Origin: Amphiscolops sp. MND2022
Lineage: Eukaryota
Reading direction: 5' to 3'
DNA: 64,000 nucleotides
NCBI GenBank assembly: GCA_964187785.1
Contig: OZ076409.1
Location: forward strand, 14,324,001-14,388,000
Positions 1 through 13,068 of this stretch are shown here, one piece after another. The notes below the pieces were generated by a model, which saw nothing but the letters and a program-made list of their open reading frames with translations, had not been told where the DNA came from and searched no databases. The position numbers and the translations under genes were made by a program. Position 1 is the stretch's first letter. The number at the start of each line of letters is the position of its first letter.

Positions 1-172
1 GTCAATGACATAGTAGCAAATCGTGAAAGTACTGAAGTTCGTTCTGAACCGATTTTGTCTTTTGCAAAAACGGCCGTTACCAGTGCTGGTAATTTTCCTC
101 TTAGTAGTTCTTCAAATTTTGTACCAAACCAGCAAACAACTCAATTGAACTGTACTAGGAATCCATGGCTTT

Positions 173-3100
173 GTGAACAAGCCGATCTTTTCGAATTGTG
201 CCCCAGCTCAAAACGTGCAATTTCACGTACCAAATTCTTCAACTACTAATGCAGTTCCTATTTTGGTTCCTCCATCGAACCATGCATTTCCAACTGTGCC
301 AACTGGATTACCTGCGGCAAACTTACAATCTTTTTTCGATACTCGTTTGTTTCAGGAATCTTTACCAAAACCTAATCTTGAATGTTTTTCGGGAGATCCA
401 TTGAAATGGCCCGAATGGAAGGGCATGTTCCAATCGACGTTGTCATCCATCTGTTTCAAATGATCACAAGATGCGATACTTGAAGCTTTTCACAGCCGGG
501 AAAGCCAAAGCGGTAATAGAAGGTTTTGGTTTTGGTGGTAATTTTTTCGAGCAAGCTTTCGCTGCCCTGCAGCGACGCTTTGGCTCACCCCACTTAGTCG
601 TAGGTGCACAAATAGACAAGATGAGTAAGCATCCGCCTGTCAAAATGCACAATTCGGAAGCGATCATTGAGTTCTGCCAGGCAGTGGATGCATTTGTATC
701 CGTTCTCTCGTCCGAGCAGTATTTTAGTGACTTGCAATCTTCTAGTAATTCGTCTCTTCTTGTGTCTAAACTCCCTATAAATCTTAGAGAACAGTGGTTC
801 GCATTCACTGAGAACTCGAAGTCTGCAGTGAATTTAGTTAGTTTTCGTGATTGGCTACAGAAGAAAGCGATGATTCATGAACGCCTTCTCTTATCATCTA
901 CAAAGAGAGAAAAATGTGAACAAAAACCTGAAAGGGTTCGGAGAGCAAACTTCTTTGCAACTAGTGTCTCCAACTCAACCGATAAACAACGAAATAACCA
1001 CAATTCATGTGCCTTTTGTCAGGGTAGTCATAAACTGTGGAAGTGCGGTGCATTTCTCGGCAAATCTGTTAAGCAACGAAGTACGTTCGCACGAGATAGT
1101 AAACTCTGTTTTTCTTGCCTTCAAGCCGGTCATATGTCTAAAGATTGTAAGATGGATTTGAAGTGCATCAAAAAAGGTTGCAAAAAGTCCCACAATGTTC
1201 TTTTACACATTGAAAACAGCGAGAAGTCTGGCAAAGCCACCGGAATAGCAACTGCGTCAGAAAACTCCATCGCTTCTTGTACTGTTGCGCAAGCTCACAG
1301 AGAAGCCTTGCAGGTATTAGAAATTGGTTTGAGGAATGGTTCCTCTGAAGCAAAGGCTTGGGCACTTTGTGATACCGGGAGTACCCATTCGTGGGTGTCT
1401 GAGAAGTTGCGTTCTGAAATGGGTTTGAAGGGTTCTCATGAAGTTGTTTTTGTTCGCGGTGTTACTGGGACCATTGAAGGTAGCACTCGTTGTGTACATT
1501 TGGAACTTTTTTCGTTAGAGGATAACAAATTTGTTTCATTGAAATTTTCTGCTTTGGTGAGACCCGGTTTGTACTTGGGCAATGAAAAACTAGATCTTCG
1601 GAATCTCAAACATGATTGCTCGCATCTGAAACATGTTGTTGCTGACGTTATTGATTACTCCAAACTTTCAGTGATCCTTGGTCAAGATGTGTTCTCAGCC
1701 ATCTGTCCTATTGGTTATAGTACTTCGGATAAACATTTTCCATGGGCCGTCCAGTTACCTATCGGTTGGGTTGTTAGCGGACCGCTGCCTAATTGCAAAC
1801 AACTGAAGGAAAGTTGTTGCATGTTTTCTTCTACTGAAACCAATTCGGACAAAAGCGATGGATGCGCCGAACATTTGTCATCCCAAGTGTCAAAGTGGTG
1901 GGCGCTTGAGTCCTACTCTTCGTTTGTCAATGTACAGCCGAGATCTAAAAGTGACAAACAGGCTTCGAAAATTTTGAACGAGACCTGTCACCTCAATGGT
2001 ACTCGTTATTCAGTTGGAATGCTGTGGCAAACTGAACACATCAAACTGCCGAATAATTTTGGGCAAGCCAAAGCCCACCTATTAAGTCTCGAAAGACGAT
2101 TAGAAAAAACTCCCGAAATCAAATCTCTTTATTCTGAAACAATAAAAGCATCCTTGTCAAAGGTTATGTACGCAATCTGTCACTGGGGGAATTAAAGTTC
2201 ACTTCGAATTCGCAACAATGGTATCTTCCTCACCATCCCGTGCAAAATCCACATAAACTTGATAAACTCAGGCGTGTTTGCAATGCTGCGTGTAGGTTCA
2301 GTGGAACTTCTTTGAATGATGTGTTGTTGCCCGGTCCAGATTTGTTGTGCGATCTTATTGGAATTTTGATACGTTTTCGTTTGTTCCCTGTTGCAGTGTG
2401 TGGAGACATAGAAGCAATGTTCATGCAAATCGAAGTCCCTGTGAATGAGCAGAATTTTCTAAGATTTTTGTGGCGGGAGGGTGTCTCTGATGAGATTGAA
2501 GTTTTTCAAAATACCCGACACATCTTCGGAGCGAAGTCTTCGCCAACTTGCGCTAACTTTGCTGTGCAAAAAGTAGCAGGCGATAACAAAGATGATTTTC
2601 CTCAAACCACCGAATCGGTTTTCGACTCATTTTATGTCGAAGATTTTTTGAAGTCTTTCGCATCGGCCGAAAAAGCCATTGAAGTCATGACTCAGTTAGT
2701 TGAGATGATGAAACGGGTTGGGTTCAACTTGACCAAATTCATCACGAATACCGAATCGGGATTTGAGTCAAAACACCAAGACTTTGCTTTTGCAAATCCA
2801 TCCTTTTCTGACGTTGGAAGTGTTAGCGTTCTTGGGCTCAACTGGGATACGCGAGATGATACGTTTTCTGTGTCTCGTGGTGTTTCGAACGATCTTCCGG
2901 CCAAGTTAACCCAACGTAAAGTTCTATTTTCAGTCTCTTCAGTTTACGATCCGTTAGGCATCGTAGCCCCGTTCACCATTCGCGGTCGTTTAATCCTAAA
3001 AGATTTGTGGTGTTGCATAGGACAGTCATGGGACACTGTCGTTCCGCAAAACATCAATGACTTGTTCCATGAATGGAATGGTGAGAAAGATGTCATTCCA

Positions 3101-3204
3101 AACGTGAAGTTAGCTCGTTGTTGTTTTACTCAGTCCAGTCATTCAAACCATGAACTTTACACTTTTGTTGATGCATCCCGAGCAGCCACGTGTGTTGTGG
3201 TTTT
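173..3204 (+). mobile_element. Degenerate BEL/Pao LTR retrotransposon, internal gag-pol region, 3'-truncated within RNase H
   Basis: Gag motif FSGDPLKWPEW; BEL-type triple zinc knuckle (CAFCQGSHKLWKC, CFSCLQAGHMSKDC, CIKKGCKKSHNVLLH); protease ALCDTGS; RT motifs NPHKLDKLRRV, LLPGPDL, GDIEAMF, FGAKSSP, YVEDF (YVDD decayed); SVYDPLG; RNase H FVDAS. Stop at 461-463 and frameshift near 2160. No LTR in the window. Confidence 0.93.
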
Positions 3205-4137
3205 TTCATTTGAGCACGTGACAACAATTAGAAAATGTTGCATTTTAACGTACTAGTCGTAGAATGTTAAAATTAAATGTTGGTACCTGCCTCTAATGGT
3301 AATCTTTCCGGATTCATTATTATAGAGGTCTTTATTGGCAATTAACTTGGGGTCAACTTGCCGCTTTTAATGAACTGGGACGAATTGTCGCTTAAGGGTT
3401 AAATCGCAACACGACTCTTGAACAGGGGTGGCCATTTCAAGTTTTAAATTAATTTTGAACAAAACAGACGTTTTCAACGTTTTACAAAATATCTAAAATT
3501 CCGACGAACAAAGATTGAAAAACAAGCTTGAAAGAATGAGTTTATTCATCGAATCACAAAACTAAGTTTTTCAACTTTTTGAACTCCAAGCCTGTTGCGA
3601 TCAGAATGGATGGACTAGGCATACCATTTCGAGTGCCAATTTCAGCAATTCTTCGGGATAGGTTTTCGTTTTCACTCGACATTTTATAAAGTTACTCATT
3701 TTGACGCCTACTTGTCTGTCTACAACGATTACATGTACATACATGAAATAAAAACCATTGATCGGACTGTATTTTATTCAAAATAAAGCAGTGTTTTAAA
3801 ACTGTTTTGAAACGTGTTTTAAAACAACAATGTTTTATGTTGGCCAACCCTGCTCTTGAACAAGAAACAGGTCTGGAAATCCAAAAGGATTCAGTCCATG
3901 AGTGTCGTAGTTTCATTTTGGCGTACACTCGCCTCTGTTGCTCTTCTTCAATGTCAGTGTCTCATTATTTACCCCAAATGAGGATTGCGCATTCGAAGGG
4001 AGACTTAAAAAGAAAAAAAGAAAACACTACATGCATATTTAAAATAAAAAAACTTTTAAAATGGCATGAAGAACAGTGTGCACACAAATAACACATACAA
4101 AATATTACGAAAATTATTTAATCACACAGAGGCGAAG
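3205..4137. repeat. Left arm of 933-bp inverted repeat (partner 5320-6252)
   Basis: TTCATTTGAGCACGTG...CACAGAGGCGAAG is the reverse complement of 5320-6252; I saw 3 mismatches. The ORF track gives identical peptides on opposite strands (3807+ / 5366-; 3692- / 5529+). Confidence 0.97.
3423..3852. mobile_element. hAT-type MITE (copy inside left IR arm)
   Basis: TIRs CAGGGGTGGCCA / TGGCCAACCCTG; 8-bp TSD CTCTTGAA at 3415-3422 and 3853-3860. Confidence 0.88.
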
Positions 4138-4422
4138 AGGTAATATTTGCGGGAAAATGATAGAAAACGCTTGGAAAAAATATGAAGTGAGATTTTTCAC
4201 GCCAAATCACGCTAAGATTTTTCTCAAAATTGGGACTTGGAAATTAGTTGTTGAATCCTTCAAGTTGGATCCACCCTCCCACAATTACTACAAAATACGA
4301 AAGAACCAATTGAAAATATGAAAGAAAAAATTAGACGTTACTTTACTGGAAAGTTCGTGAATGAATTTGAAAATCCTCCATTTGGTCAAAAATTTTGGAA
4401 GGATTACCGTTTTAGATAATTA

Positions 4423-5332
4423 CACTTGTGATAAGCAAGTGTTATGGTAAAGTGCGTGCTTTTTTTCCGGGCGACAACTCTCGTTTCAGTCCGCATAGTT
4501 CAGCCGTTCGTGTTTAGTGGTAAGATGCTAGCTTTTCAACCCACAGGGTTCGTGTTGGAACCCGTGCGTATGCGCTAATTTTTTTTACAAGTATTCCGAA
4601 GCAGAAGGTTCTCACTTTTTTTCGGCACTATGAGACTCCCCCTTTTTTCGGCTTTGTGAGACTTTTTTTCGAAAATTTTTTAATGGCCCCCAAGTGTCCT
4701 CCCTTCAATTTGTTTGATATTTTGTCACAGAACGAATGTTAGAAAAGCCCAAAGGGTCCCTTTCTCAGATTTCCGGCACTATGAGACTGTTAAAATGTCT
4801 CATTTTTTGTTTTCTTTCGAAAATTTTTCGTAAGACTCCAAACGGTCCCCCTTCAGTTTTTTGAAATTTTGCAACAGAAGGGATGTTAAAAAATTTCATA
4901 GGGCCCCCTTTTACAGTTTTCGGCATTGTGAGATTTTCAAAAGGATTAATTTTTGTCTTAAAATTAGGTTTTCTCAGGCCCAGCACGCTATATCCGATTT
5001 TCGTTTTTTTTTAAAAGACTGGTGTTTTTTCTATGCGACTTTTTAAAATTCGTTTTCATTGAAGCCCTCAATTTTTACCAGAAGCGAAACGTTTTGCGAG
5101 CGTAAAGGACTCCTCAACGTTTTCGGCACTTTCTCATCCTCAACGTTTTTTGCTTTTTCCAGTTGGTGAAAAATGGTTTTCGAGACTTCTGCGTATCTCA
5201 AGTATTTTTGGCGCTGTAAAATTGATGAAATTTTAACAATGTTCTTTTACCCTTGGTTCTCCGTATGATATTGCTTTTTTGGTTTTCTTCAAAAGTTCGA
5301 AAGTGTTTGCGAAGCACGGCTTCGCCTCTGTG
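4423..5332 (+). mobile_element. Non-autonomous element with CAC...GTG termini flanked by TA, carrying a tRNA-like segment
   Basis: Collinear with 13069-14088 from TACACTT to CCTCTGTGTA; internal CGGCACTATGAGACT / GGGCCCCCTTTTACAG subrepeats. Confidence 0.7.
4503..4575 (+). other. tRNA-derived segment (degenerate A/B boxes) inside a repeat
   Basis: TTTAGTGGTAAGATG ... GTTGGAACCC; homologous to 13161-13232; no clean cloverleaf. Confidence 0.5.
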
Positions 5333-6252
5333 TAATTAAATAATTTTCGTAATATTTTGTATGTGTTATTTGTGTGCACACTGTTCTTCATGCCATTTTA
5401 AAAGTTTTTTTATTTTAAATATGCATGTAGTGTTTTCTTTTTTTCTTTTTAAGTCTCCCTTCGAATGCGCAATCCTCATTTGGGGTAAATAATGAGACAC
5501 TGACATTGAAGAAGAGCAACATAGGCGAGTGTACGCCAAAATGAAACTACGACACTCATGGACTGAATCCTTTTGGATTTCCAGACCTGTTTCTTGTTCA
5601 AGAGCAGGGTTGGCCAACATAAAACATTGTTGTTTTAAAACACGTTTCAAAACAGTTTTAAAACACTGCTTTATTTTGAATAAAATACAGTCCGATCAAT
5701 GGTTTTTATTTCATGTATGTACATGTAATCGTTGTAGACAGACAAGTAGGCGTCAAAATGAGTAACTTTATAAAATGTCGAGTGAAAACGAAAACCTATC
5801 CTGAAGAATTGCTGAAATTGGCACTCGAAATGGTATGCCTAGTCCATCCATTCTGATCGCAACAGGCTTGGAGTTCAAAAAGTTGAAAAACTTAGTTTTG
5901 TGATTCGATGAATAAACTCATTCTTTCAAGCTTGTTTTTCAATCTTTGTTCGTCGGAATTTTAGATATTTTGTAAAACGTTGAAAACGTCTGTTTTGTTC
6001 AAAATTAATTTAAAACTTGAAATGGCCACCCCTGTTCAAGAGTCGTGTTGCGATTTAACCCTTAAGCGACAATTCGTCCCAGTTCATTAAAAGCGGCAAG
6101 TTGACCCCAAGTTAATTGCCAATAAAGACCTCTATAATAATGAATCCGGAAAGATTACCATTAGAGGCAGGTACCAACATTTAATTTTAACATTCTACGA
6201 CTAGTACGTTAAAATGCAACATTTTCTAATTGTTGTCACGTGCTCAAATGAA
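5320..6252. repeat. Right arm of 933-bp inverted repeat (probable source copy)
   Basis: Reverse complement of 3205-4137. Both edges continue into elements that extend beyond the arm. Confidence 0.97.
5605..6034. mobile_element. hAT-type MITE (copy inside right IR arm)
   Basis: TIRs CAGGGTTGGCCA / TGGCCACCCCTG; 8-bp TSD TTCAAGAG at 5597-5604 and 6035-6042. Confidence 0.88.
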
Positions 6253-6357
6253 TTCATTTGTAGTTGGTTTGGTTATTTCTTTCATTTTAAACTTCAAAAG
6301 ATTGGTAATTAGCTGATCAATTAAACAATTAGGGACGAATTGTCGCCTTTTCAAAAT

Positions 6358-6729
6358 GGGACGAATTGTCGCTTGGGACGAATTGTCGCTTGGGACGAAT
6401 TGTCGCTTGGGACGAATTGTCGCTAGGGACGAATTGTCGCTTGGGACGAATTGTCGCTTGGGACGAATTGTCGCTTGGGACGAATTGTCGCTTGGGACGA
6501 ATTGTCGCTTGGGACGAATTGTCGCTTGGGACGAATTGTCGCTTGGGACGAATTGTCGCTTGGGACAAATTGTCGCTAGGGACGAATTGTCGCTTGGGAC
6601 GAATTGTCGCTTGGGACGAATTGTTGCTTGGGACGAATTGTCGCTTGGGACGAATTGTCGCTTGGGAAGAATTGTCGCTTGGGACGAATTGTCGTTTGGG
6701 ACGAATTTTCGCTTGGGACGAATTGTCGC
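6358..6729 (+). repeat. 17-bp minisatellite (GGGACGAATTGTCGCTT) x ~22, at the right end of a non-autonomous element spanning ~6062-6736
   Basis: Head-to-tail units without spacers; one inverted unit at ~6064-6080 and one direct unit at 6332-6346. Confidence 0.95.
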
Positions 6730-8849
6730 CCAACCCTATTTATCCAGTGGTAATTTCGAAAACTGAAATTTGTGCCATTAAAAGTATTCCTTTCAGTTAA
6801 CGTAGCCTCAAATTGATTTGACGCTGATTTTTAATTTGAAGTTTTTTGAAAATGCAAGTACGAAAGCGTGAAACAAATGTAAGTAGTCGAAGTTTTCACA
6901 GAAGATTGTATTCCGATTTCCAAAATACGGATTCCAAGATATGGAATTTATAAATACTCAAGTTGAGTGACCAATTGCATTTAACGACCGAAATCAATCC
7001 AAATTAGTGAATTAGCATTGAAGTGTAAATTCACGAGACGCACAGTGACACTGCGCTAGTTTTGTTTATTGTTACAAGACGCTCGACAAAAAATTAAGAA
7101 CTTTCAAATTTTTCTCTATTGAGAAAGGCAACGAAACAATTGCAGCTGAAAAACCATCTACAGATCTGAAAACTAGTTTGTGCATATATGCATAAAGGGT
7201 TACAAAATGGCAATTCCAATGTGAGTATTTTTATCGCTTTCTCGGTGTGAAATCTAATTCAAAAAAGTAAATTTTTAGCAAACACCGAATTTTTATATAC
7301 TTAAATACGTTATGCCAGGAAACTGCCATCATAGGTGAATTTGATAGTGCCGATATACCAATAAAAAGAATTTTCAGGCTGATCAAGAGATTTTCACTCC
7401 CGACTAAAAGCAAAAACATCAAAGGCATTGAAATTAATGAAACGTTTTGCCACTACTAGGTGCACTCCAGATAGAAGAAAATCTGCTCAAAATGGGGAAA
7501 AATGGAGAAAAACCAAAGGATGGGGGACCGGGACTCACCAACCAACGTTTCCCAGCACCAGTCACCACGCATAGAAACACCCGTTAATCTTTGAGGCAAG
7601 CAGATTGTATTTTCCAGCAGCTTTTAGTGATTCCATGCAGTAATAGTCGGAAGAAAATTTTTTGAATATGGTTCCATTTAGATCTGCTTATTATACTTAC
7701 GTATCTACATGAAAGTTTGTTGGCATAGTGACAACTCATATCAAGCAAAAACTCATATAAGGCGACAACCCATATCGGAATGACAAGACGGAAACTCATC
7801 AGTTGACACTCATATCAATTGTGAAAAAGATACAACTCATACCAATATTCACTTGAAACACAATATCCAGTAAGGTACGTTAATTGAACGAAGGCTGTTT
7901 AAAATGCAAAATTTTTATCTAAATATTTTAGTATGGAGAGAACGCGGTAGTTCTGATAATAGCTTAAGGTCGTTTCGAGCCGCTCGATGACTTTAACATA
8001 CTTTGCGTATTTCCGAGTATTTTTCCAGCGTGTATACCAGCAATTTCTACTTCCGTACAGTTTTGTTCCTTCCTGAGAAACGAAAGAAAATTGCCCAATG
8101 TGATACGAGCCAATTTCATTCCATGTTGGAATACTCTCTGCGAATCTTCAGCGAAATTTTCTGTGAAAATTTATTTATTTTCTGTGATCCACTCAAGACA
8201 TCCTCATACTGCTTCCATAACAGTAAATCAAACTGTGGATTGGTTCATCGTCCCAACTTCCCAGATGCTCCCAGCCAAGTGTTTTGATGACACTCGAGGA
8301 ACTGAATCAAAAGGTATCGGGGAGTAACATTTCCAGAGTTTTACAAAAAACGAGATGAACATCCTTGGACGGCATCAAGACTCTCCTCTTGCGATTCCCA
8401 CAAATTTCTATTGTTGCTGGGCATGAGTGTATTGGATAGTTTTTAGTTTTACAGTTTCCGGATTCTTATTTCTGCGTTTTCTTGTACTATTTGCCTTTGG
8501 TTGTTTGTAATCCTGACTCTTACATACGGCCCTTCCTCGAAAAGTTACCGTTTTTGCGCTCTCGTTGGTTTCTGGCAGTCTGTTGGATGTTCAGAAAGTT
8601 TTGATTTTCGGTTCAGCTTTTTCTAACTTTGTTTGAGATCGTTTTTGTTTATTTTCGATCTAAACTTTTCTATCTTAAGTCGCTGTAGTTTTAAGACTTA
8701 GTTTTTCCTAAGACAAATTTGTTTTCGAATGTTGTTGGTCTTTTACCGTAATTCTGGGTTTTGGGTAGTTCTCGTCATGACGTGTATTGCTATATGTTCG
8801 GTTTTCCACATGAACAGTTTTTTGCTAGGTCGTTGTTCCAATCGGTTAC

Positions 8850-9188
8850 CAGACAAAAGCGCCCCAGGCAAAAGTGCCCATGTGATTTGTTGACTCTTTT
8901 AGTTCACCAACTTTTAAGTTCCTCACTTCAATCAAATAATTGGCTTTTTAGGTTTAAAACAATGTATTGACTAATTGATTCTTCAAGAAATTGATATTTT
9001 GTTGCCGGAAATGCCAAAATTTACAATTTAGGTCGTTTTCAATTGGAATTCGCTAGGTGTGAAAATGTTAAACAAGGCATTACCAATGAATTATTATTTT
9101 GTTTGGACACCTTCAATTTGAGTTAATTAGAGGAGCTGAAATCGGCTCACAATTAGCTAGGCGGTTTGTATTGGGGCGCTTTTGTCTG
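8850..9188. mobile_element. MITE-like element with 16-bp inverted repeats
   Basis: CAGACAAAAGCGCCCC at 8850-8865 and GGGGCGCTTTTGTCTG at 9173-9188; a second degenerate unit follows the left copy. Confidence 0.6.
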
Positions 9189-9468
9189 TACACGTTTCAA
9201 TCATGTTTGTGTTCATTGCAATGTCCTGGCTAAAATCTATGTCTACTGCAAATCGGTGCTGTTGGTAAACCCGTTCAACGCTACTAACGATCGATATCCA
9301 TAGTTAGGTAGGACTCTCAGTTCCGCCAGGAATTCTATCTGTTGAAAGTTTCTGTTGCTTCTGTTAAAGAAAGCTGACTGTATATTTTTTTCGCTTGAAT
9401 TTTTAGAACTTTGGGGAAGTCTGATATTATTTATGCAGTCTACACTTGCAGTAAATGTTAGCTCCATA

Positions 9469-9880
9469 CAGGGGTGTTTTCATCATTTTATTCGAATATT
9501 ATTATTCCAAATAATAATTTCTAGAATAATTTGAATTATTTGAAATTATTTTTGTTTTGCTAAAATAATTATTTTTGTTCTCAGCGAAAAACGGATATCA
9601 ACAAAAACTTAAATTGGCCATCCATAATCAGGCCAAAACGCGGCGACAGGGCTTTTTCAATGAACTCTTCGACCTTTTGAGTCAGTAACCCAAGGTCGAA
9701 TTTAATTGGCTGACGATATGTTGAATTAAAGACGATTAGTTTTAGTTATCTCAAGAATAATTATTTTTATTTTAACAGGCCCAAAAATAATTATTTTTAT
9801 TCATTTGAGTGTAAAAATAAATTATTTTATTTTATTTATTATAATTATTCTCACCCATAATTATTCATTGAACACCCCTG
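9469..9880. mobile_element. hAT-type MITE
   Basis: TIR CAGGGGTGTT / AACACCCCTG; perfect 8-bp TSD GCTCCATA at 9461-9468 and 9881-9888; internal AATAATTATT palindromes. Confidence 0.92.
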
Positions 9881-10764
9881 GCTCCATAGAACCTGTCAGT
9901 TGTTAGATATTGTTGGAATTGTTTTTCGTGTAAATTCTATTTTCTGCTACATCGCTTCTGCAGTACGGGAGAATCGTTTCGCGTTTCGATTTGTGACGCA
10001 AGTTTTGGATGAGGGATAGTTTGTCCAGAACTCAAAAAACCGAGGTAAAATTGATTTTAAAAGAATCATGCTTTTTTCAAGTAGACTGCTACTGAATTTT
10101 TCGCAAACTTTCTGAATCACAAGTCCAAGTGATTGTGAAAATTGTGAAATAAAATGGCCCTTTGGCTTTGAATAAAATATTTTCGTGTTTCAAAAGCCCA
10201 TCTTTGATTCAAAAACTGCACTCTGTTCAATTGTCTACTAAACTCTTTTCCATTTTGACACCTTTGGTTTTTTACAAGAATCAAAAAGCTGTCACAGGTA
10301 GTAGCTGACGGTAGTAGTCTTATTCCAGAACTTCATAAGCAAATCAAAATAATTGATTTTCGCTTCGAAAATTCGGAAAGCGATAAATGGTTTGTGGGCT
10401 TCTCAACAGACATCGAATGGTCTATATTCAAGGGGGTGTCAGAACTTCGGAAGTTTCAAAAGTGGTCAGTCAACATGTGATATCGAGCTAAAAGTTTTTC
10501 CAAATACTTTCTCATTCTAGCTCAAGTGTGATCGTAGCATGTTCAAATGAACACGAATGTGAAACAGAAAAATCTGGAAACTATACGTTTTCAAGTTTCC
10601 TGAAACTTTTGATGGTTTTGGTGACCAAAACGATTTCGCTCGAGACATTTTTCATAATACCGAGGTTGGTTTTTCCTTCCACCACTCTAAGTTTTCTATT
10701 CATCATGCCGCCCTTCACTTTAGGAATTTACCCTAATTGAAACTGCTGAAATTTTTTAAATGCT

Positions 10765-11240
10765 GCAGGCCGGCATGCAGGGAAATTTTTTTTATAAAAC
10801 CCAGAAAATTCAGTTAGAGTTCATGTAGTAAATTTTGTAGAATTGGACTGCATTTTCCACTACTGCAATTAAATTTGACAATACTTCCCCCTTCTTTACG
10901 GACACGATCACGTTGTCTTCACACTTTATTATTTCGACTACTCATTTGATTTAATCACCGCTTCTCAAATAGGACGCTGGAGACGACGACGCTAGTTTGT
11001 TGTATACATTGTGAATGACTTAAATTTGCACTAAAATGGTGGTGACATCTCAGCTGCAGTTAAATTAGGAACCGATGCATAATGAAACTTGCCGAACTTC
11101 ACGGCTTGAAATTGCCGCCAAAACTTTGATGATGCTTTCAAGCAGCCTGATAAAAGTTGATGAAAACCGAGAAATATTACCGCATTAAAGATTTCTTAAG
11201 GGTTTTAGAAAATCATAATAAAAGTTGCTGGCAAGTTCAA
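10765..11240 (+). repeat. Dispersed repeat of unknown class (related copies at ~42527-43000, ~15530-15875, ~43190-43480)
   Basis: Shared blocks such as TGCAGGCC.GCATGCAGGG, CTTCTTTACGGACA.GATCAC and GCTTGAAATTGCCGCCAAAACTTTG. Confidence 0.75.
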
Positions 11241-11535
11241 GCTTGTCCAACAAGGGTAGTCATGAAAACTTTCACCATGCTTCACAGAATTGAACAAAAC
11301 TCGAGTCTGTTTCTGTTGAATGAAAATTCATGTAAGCACTAGCTTGTCGGCGAATAGACACGACGGTTTGTTGCAAATTCGCAGCGATTTCAATGCAGCA
11401 CAGCAAAAACTATTTTTGAGTTTATCGAAAAAGCTCACAAGAAATTTTCAATGTTGATTTCTTTCAAAAACGAGTAGAACTCATCAAGGAACGTCTTTGT
11501 GCCTTCAAAGATACGAATGGTACTGTTTTTGATTT

Positions 11536-12211
11536 TTAGTCGGCGCTTCTTAAGAAAAGAGTCGACTATAGTCATGGCTTTCCGTCAGTGTTTTTTTTCG
11601 ATACACCTGAAGTGACCCAAATAGTTCTACCAAAAGTTCTACAAATTTTAAGGTTCTACAAAATTGTACCTGTTGGTAGACTCGGCAAAAATTAAATTCA
11701 CCAACGGGCCACAACGGGCCTGAGTTTTAAAATGTTTGACCATTTTTTTCTTTCAGTGACCACTGTAGGATTGGCGGGCGAGACATTCCCCTTCAATGGT
11801 TGAAGACATTGAAATGATTTGTATGGTTTATAAAAACGGCTTGTATAAATAATTGAACTTGAAATTCAATATTTCGAAAAAAAACGTTTTCAAGACTATG
11901 AGCCGTCGAACTAACAAACTTTTTTCGAAAACAAATTTTGCCCAAAGATTTCTCCTTCATGTTTTTCCAGGATTGTGAGACTTTTTTCGAAGAAGATATT
12001 TTCACCAAAGGGTCCCTCCTTCATTTTTTTTGATGAATTGCGACACAATTGGTAAAAAATCTCAAAGGGTCCCCTGGTGCACCAATTCGGTCCAACTTTC
12101 GGGTTTTTCGGGTACTGTAGAAGACAATACTTTGACACTATGAAGTCCTTTTGCTATTTTTTGAGCCTTAGGCCTTAGATATAGTGCCGACTTGGGCCGG
12201 TCCCGGCTTGT
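11536..12211 (+). mobile_element. Helentron-associated (HINE/DINE-1-like) non-autonomous element, apparently complete
   Basis: 5' subTIR TTAGTCGGCGC with adjacent partial inverse (CGACTA); 3' subTIR GTGCCGACTT followed by hairpin GCCGG-TC-CCGGC then TTGT; T-rich flanks; no TSD. Confidence 0.7.
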
Positions 12212-13068
12212 ATTCTTGGTTGAGCAAATAAAATGCTGGATCAAAACGTGGAGAATGCATGATTTTGATGCATCGACTTTTTACACGAAGGAAAGTAGAT
12301 TGGGATTGTATACGTCCAGGAATTTTTTGATCAAACCAGTGAATTGATTCGTATACTCAAAATTGTGTATCGAGTTTTTGTGTATTTTTCTTTATTGCAT
12401 CGGTATCGTGTACAAATATCATCATACACGGTAACGTGTATCGACTCAGAAAAACAAAGTTTTGGATAAATAAGTAATTTCATTCAGAAAGCGCAAATTC
12501 TTTGGTGAAAGTCTGTTTCAACTGTCAGCATATTTCAAATTACGAAAGAACAACTTTTCCACTGATAGAGAATTGGCCGGAATTCACAATGGCTCTAGAA
12601 CTAAATTTTAAATCCCTTAACCAGTTCGTTTTCTCGCCAGAAAGTTAGGATCATTTCACCCCTCTGCGAGTTATTTTCGTGTCAAAGCGGACGCCGAATA
12701 TCTTTTATACTCATTTTGGAAGCCAATAAAATTGCTTCATTTTCTCGTGTAAATCGTGTAATTTGAGTAAATGGTGTAAATCGGTAGTTCATGTAACGGT
12801 ACCAGAAACTTCGTGTATTCAGGTACCGACGTCAATTCACTGGATTGAACAATGGTAAGGCAAAACTCACTTGCAAACTCGTTATGCAAAGTGACAAGAT
12901 GTTAGGTTAAGTGATCTATCTCTAGGAAAGTAAAATCCACGTAGAGAATCTCGCAAGTTTGTACCTGGTTTTTTAGGAAAAGAGTTTCGTATGTATTCAC
13001 GTTCTTTCTCGGAAATGTTTTTAAAAATGAAAGAGAAGTAATACTCGTTTTCAGTGTTGGTTTAATTA

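Noticed and set aside
3205..6252. Foldback transposon with 933-bp TIRs
   Set aside because: No TSD, and the arms cut through other elements; inverted duplication fits better.
6358..6729. CRISPR-like array and the repetitive ORFs over it
   Set aside because: Contiguous 17-mers with no unique spacers and no cas genes; the ORFs are by-products of the repeat.
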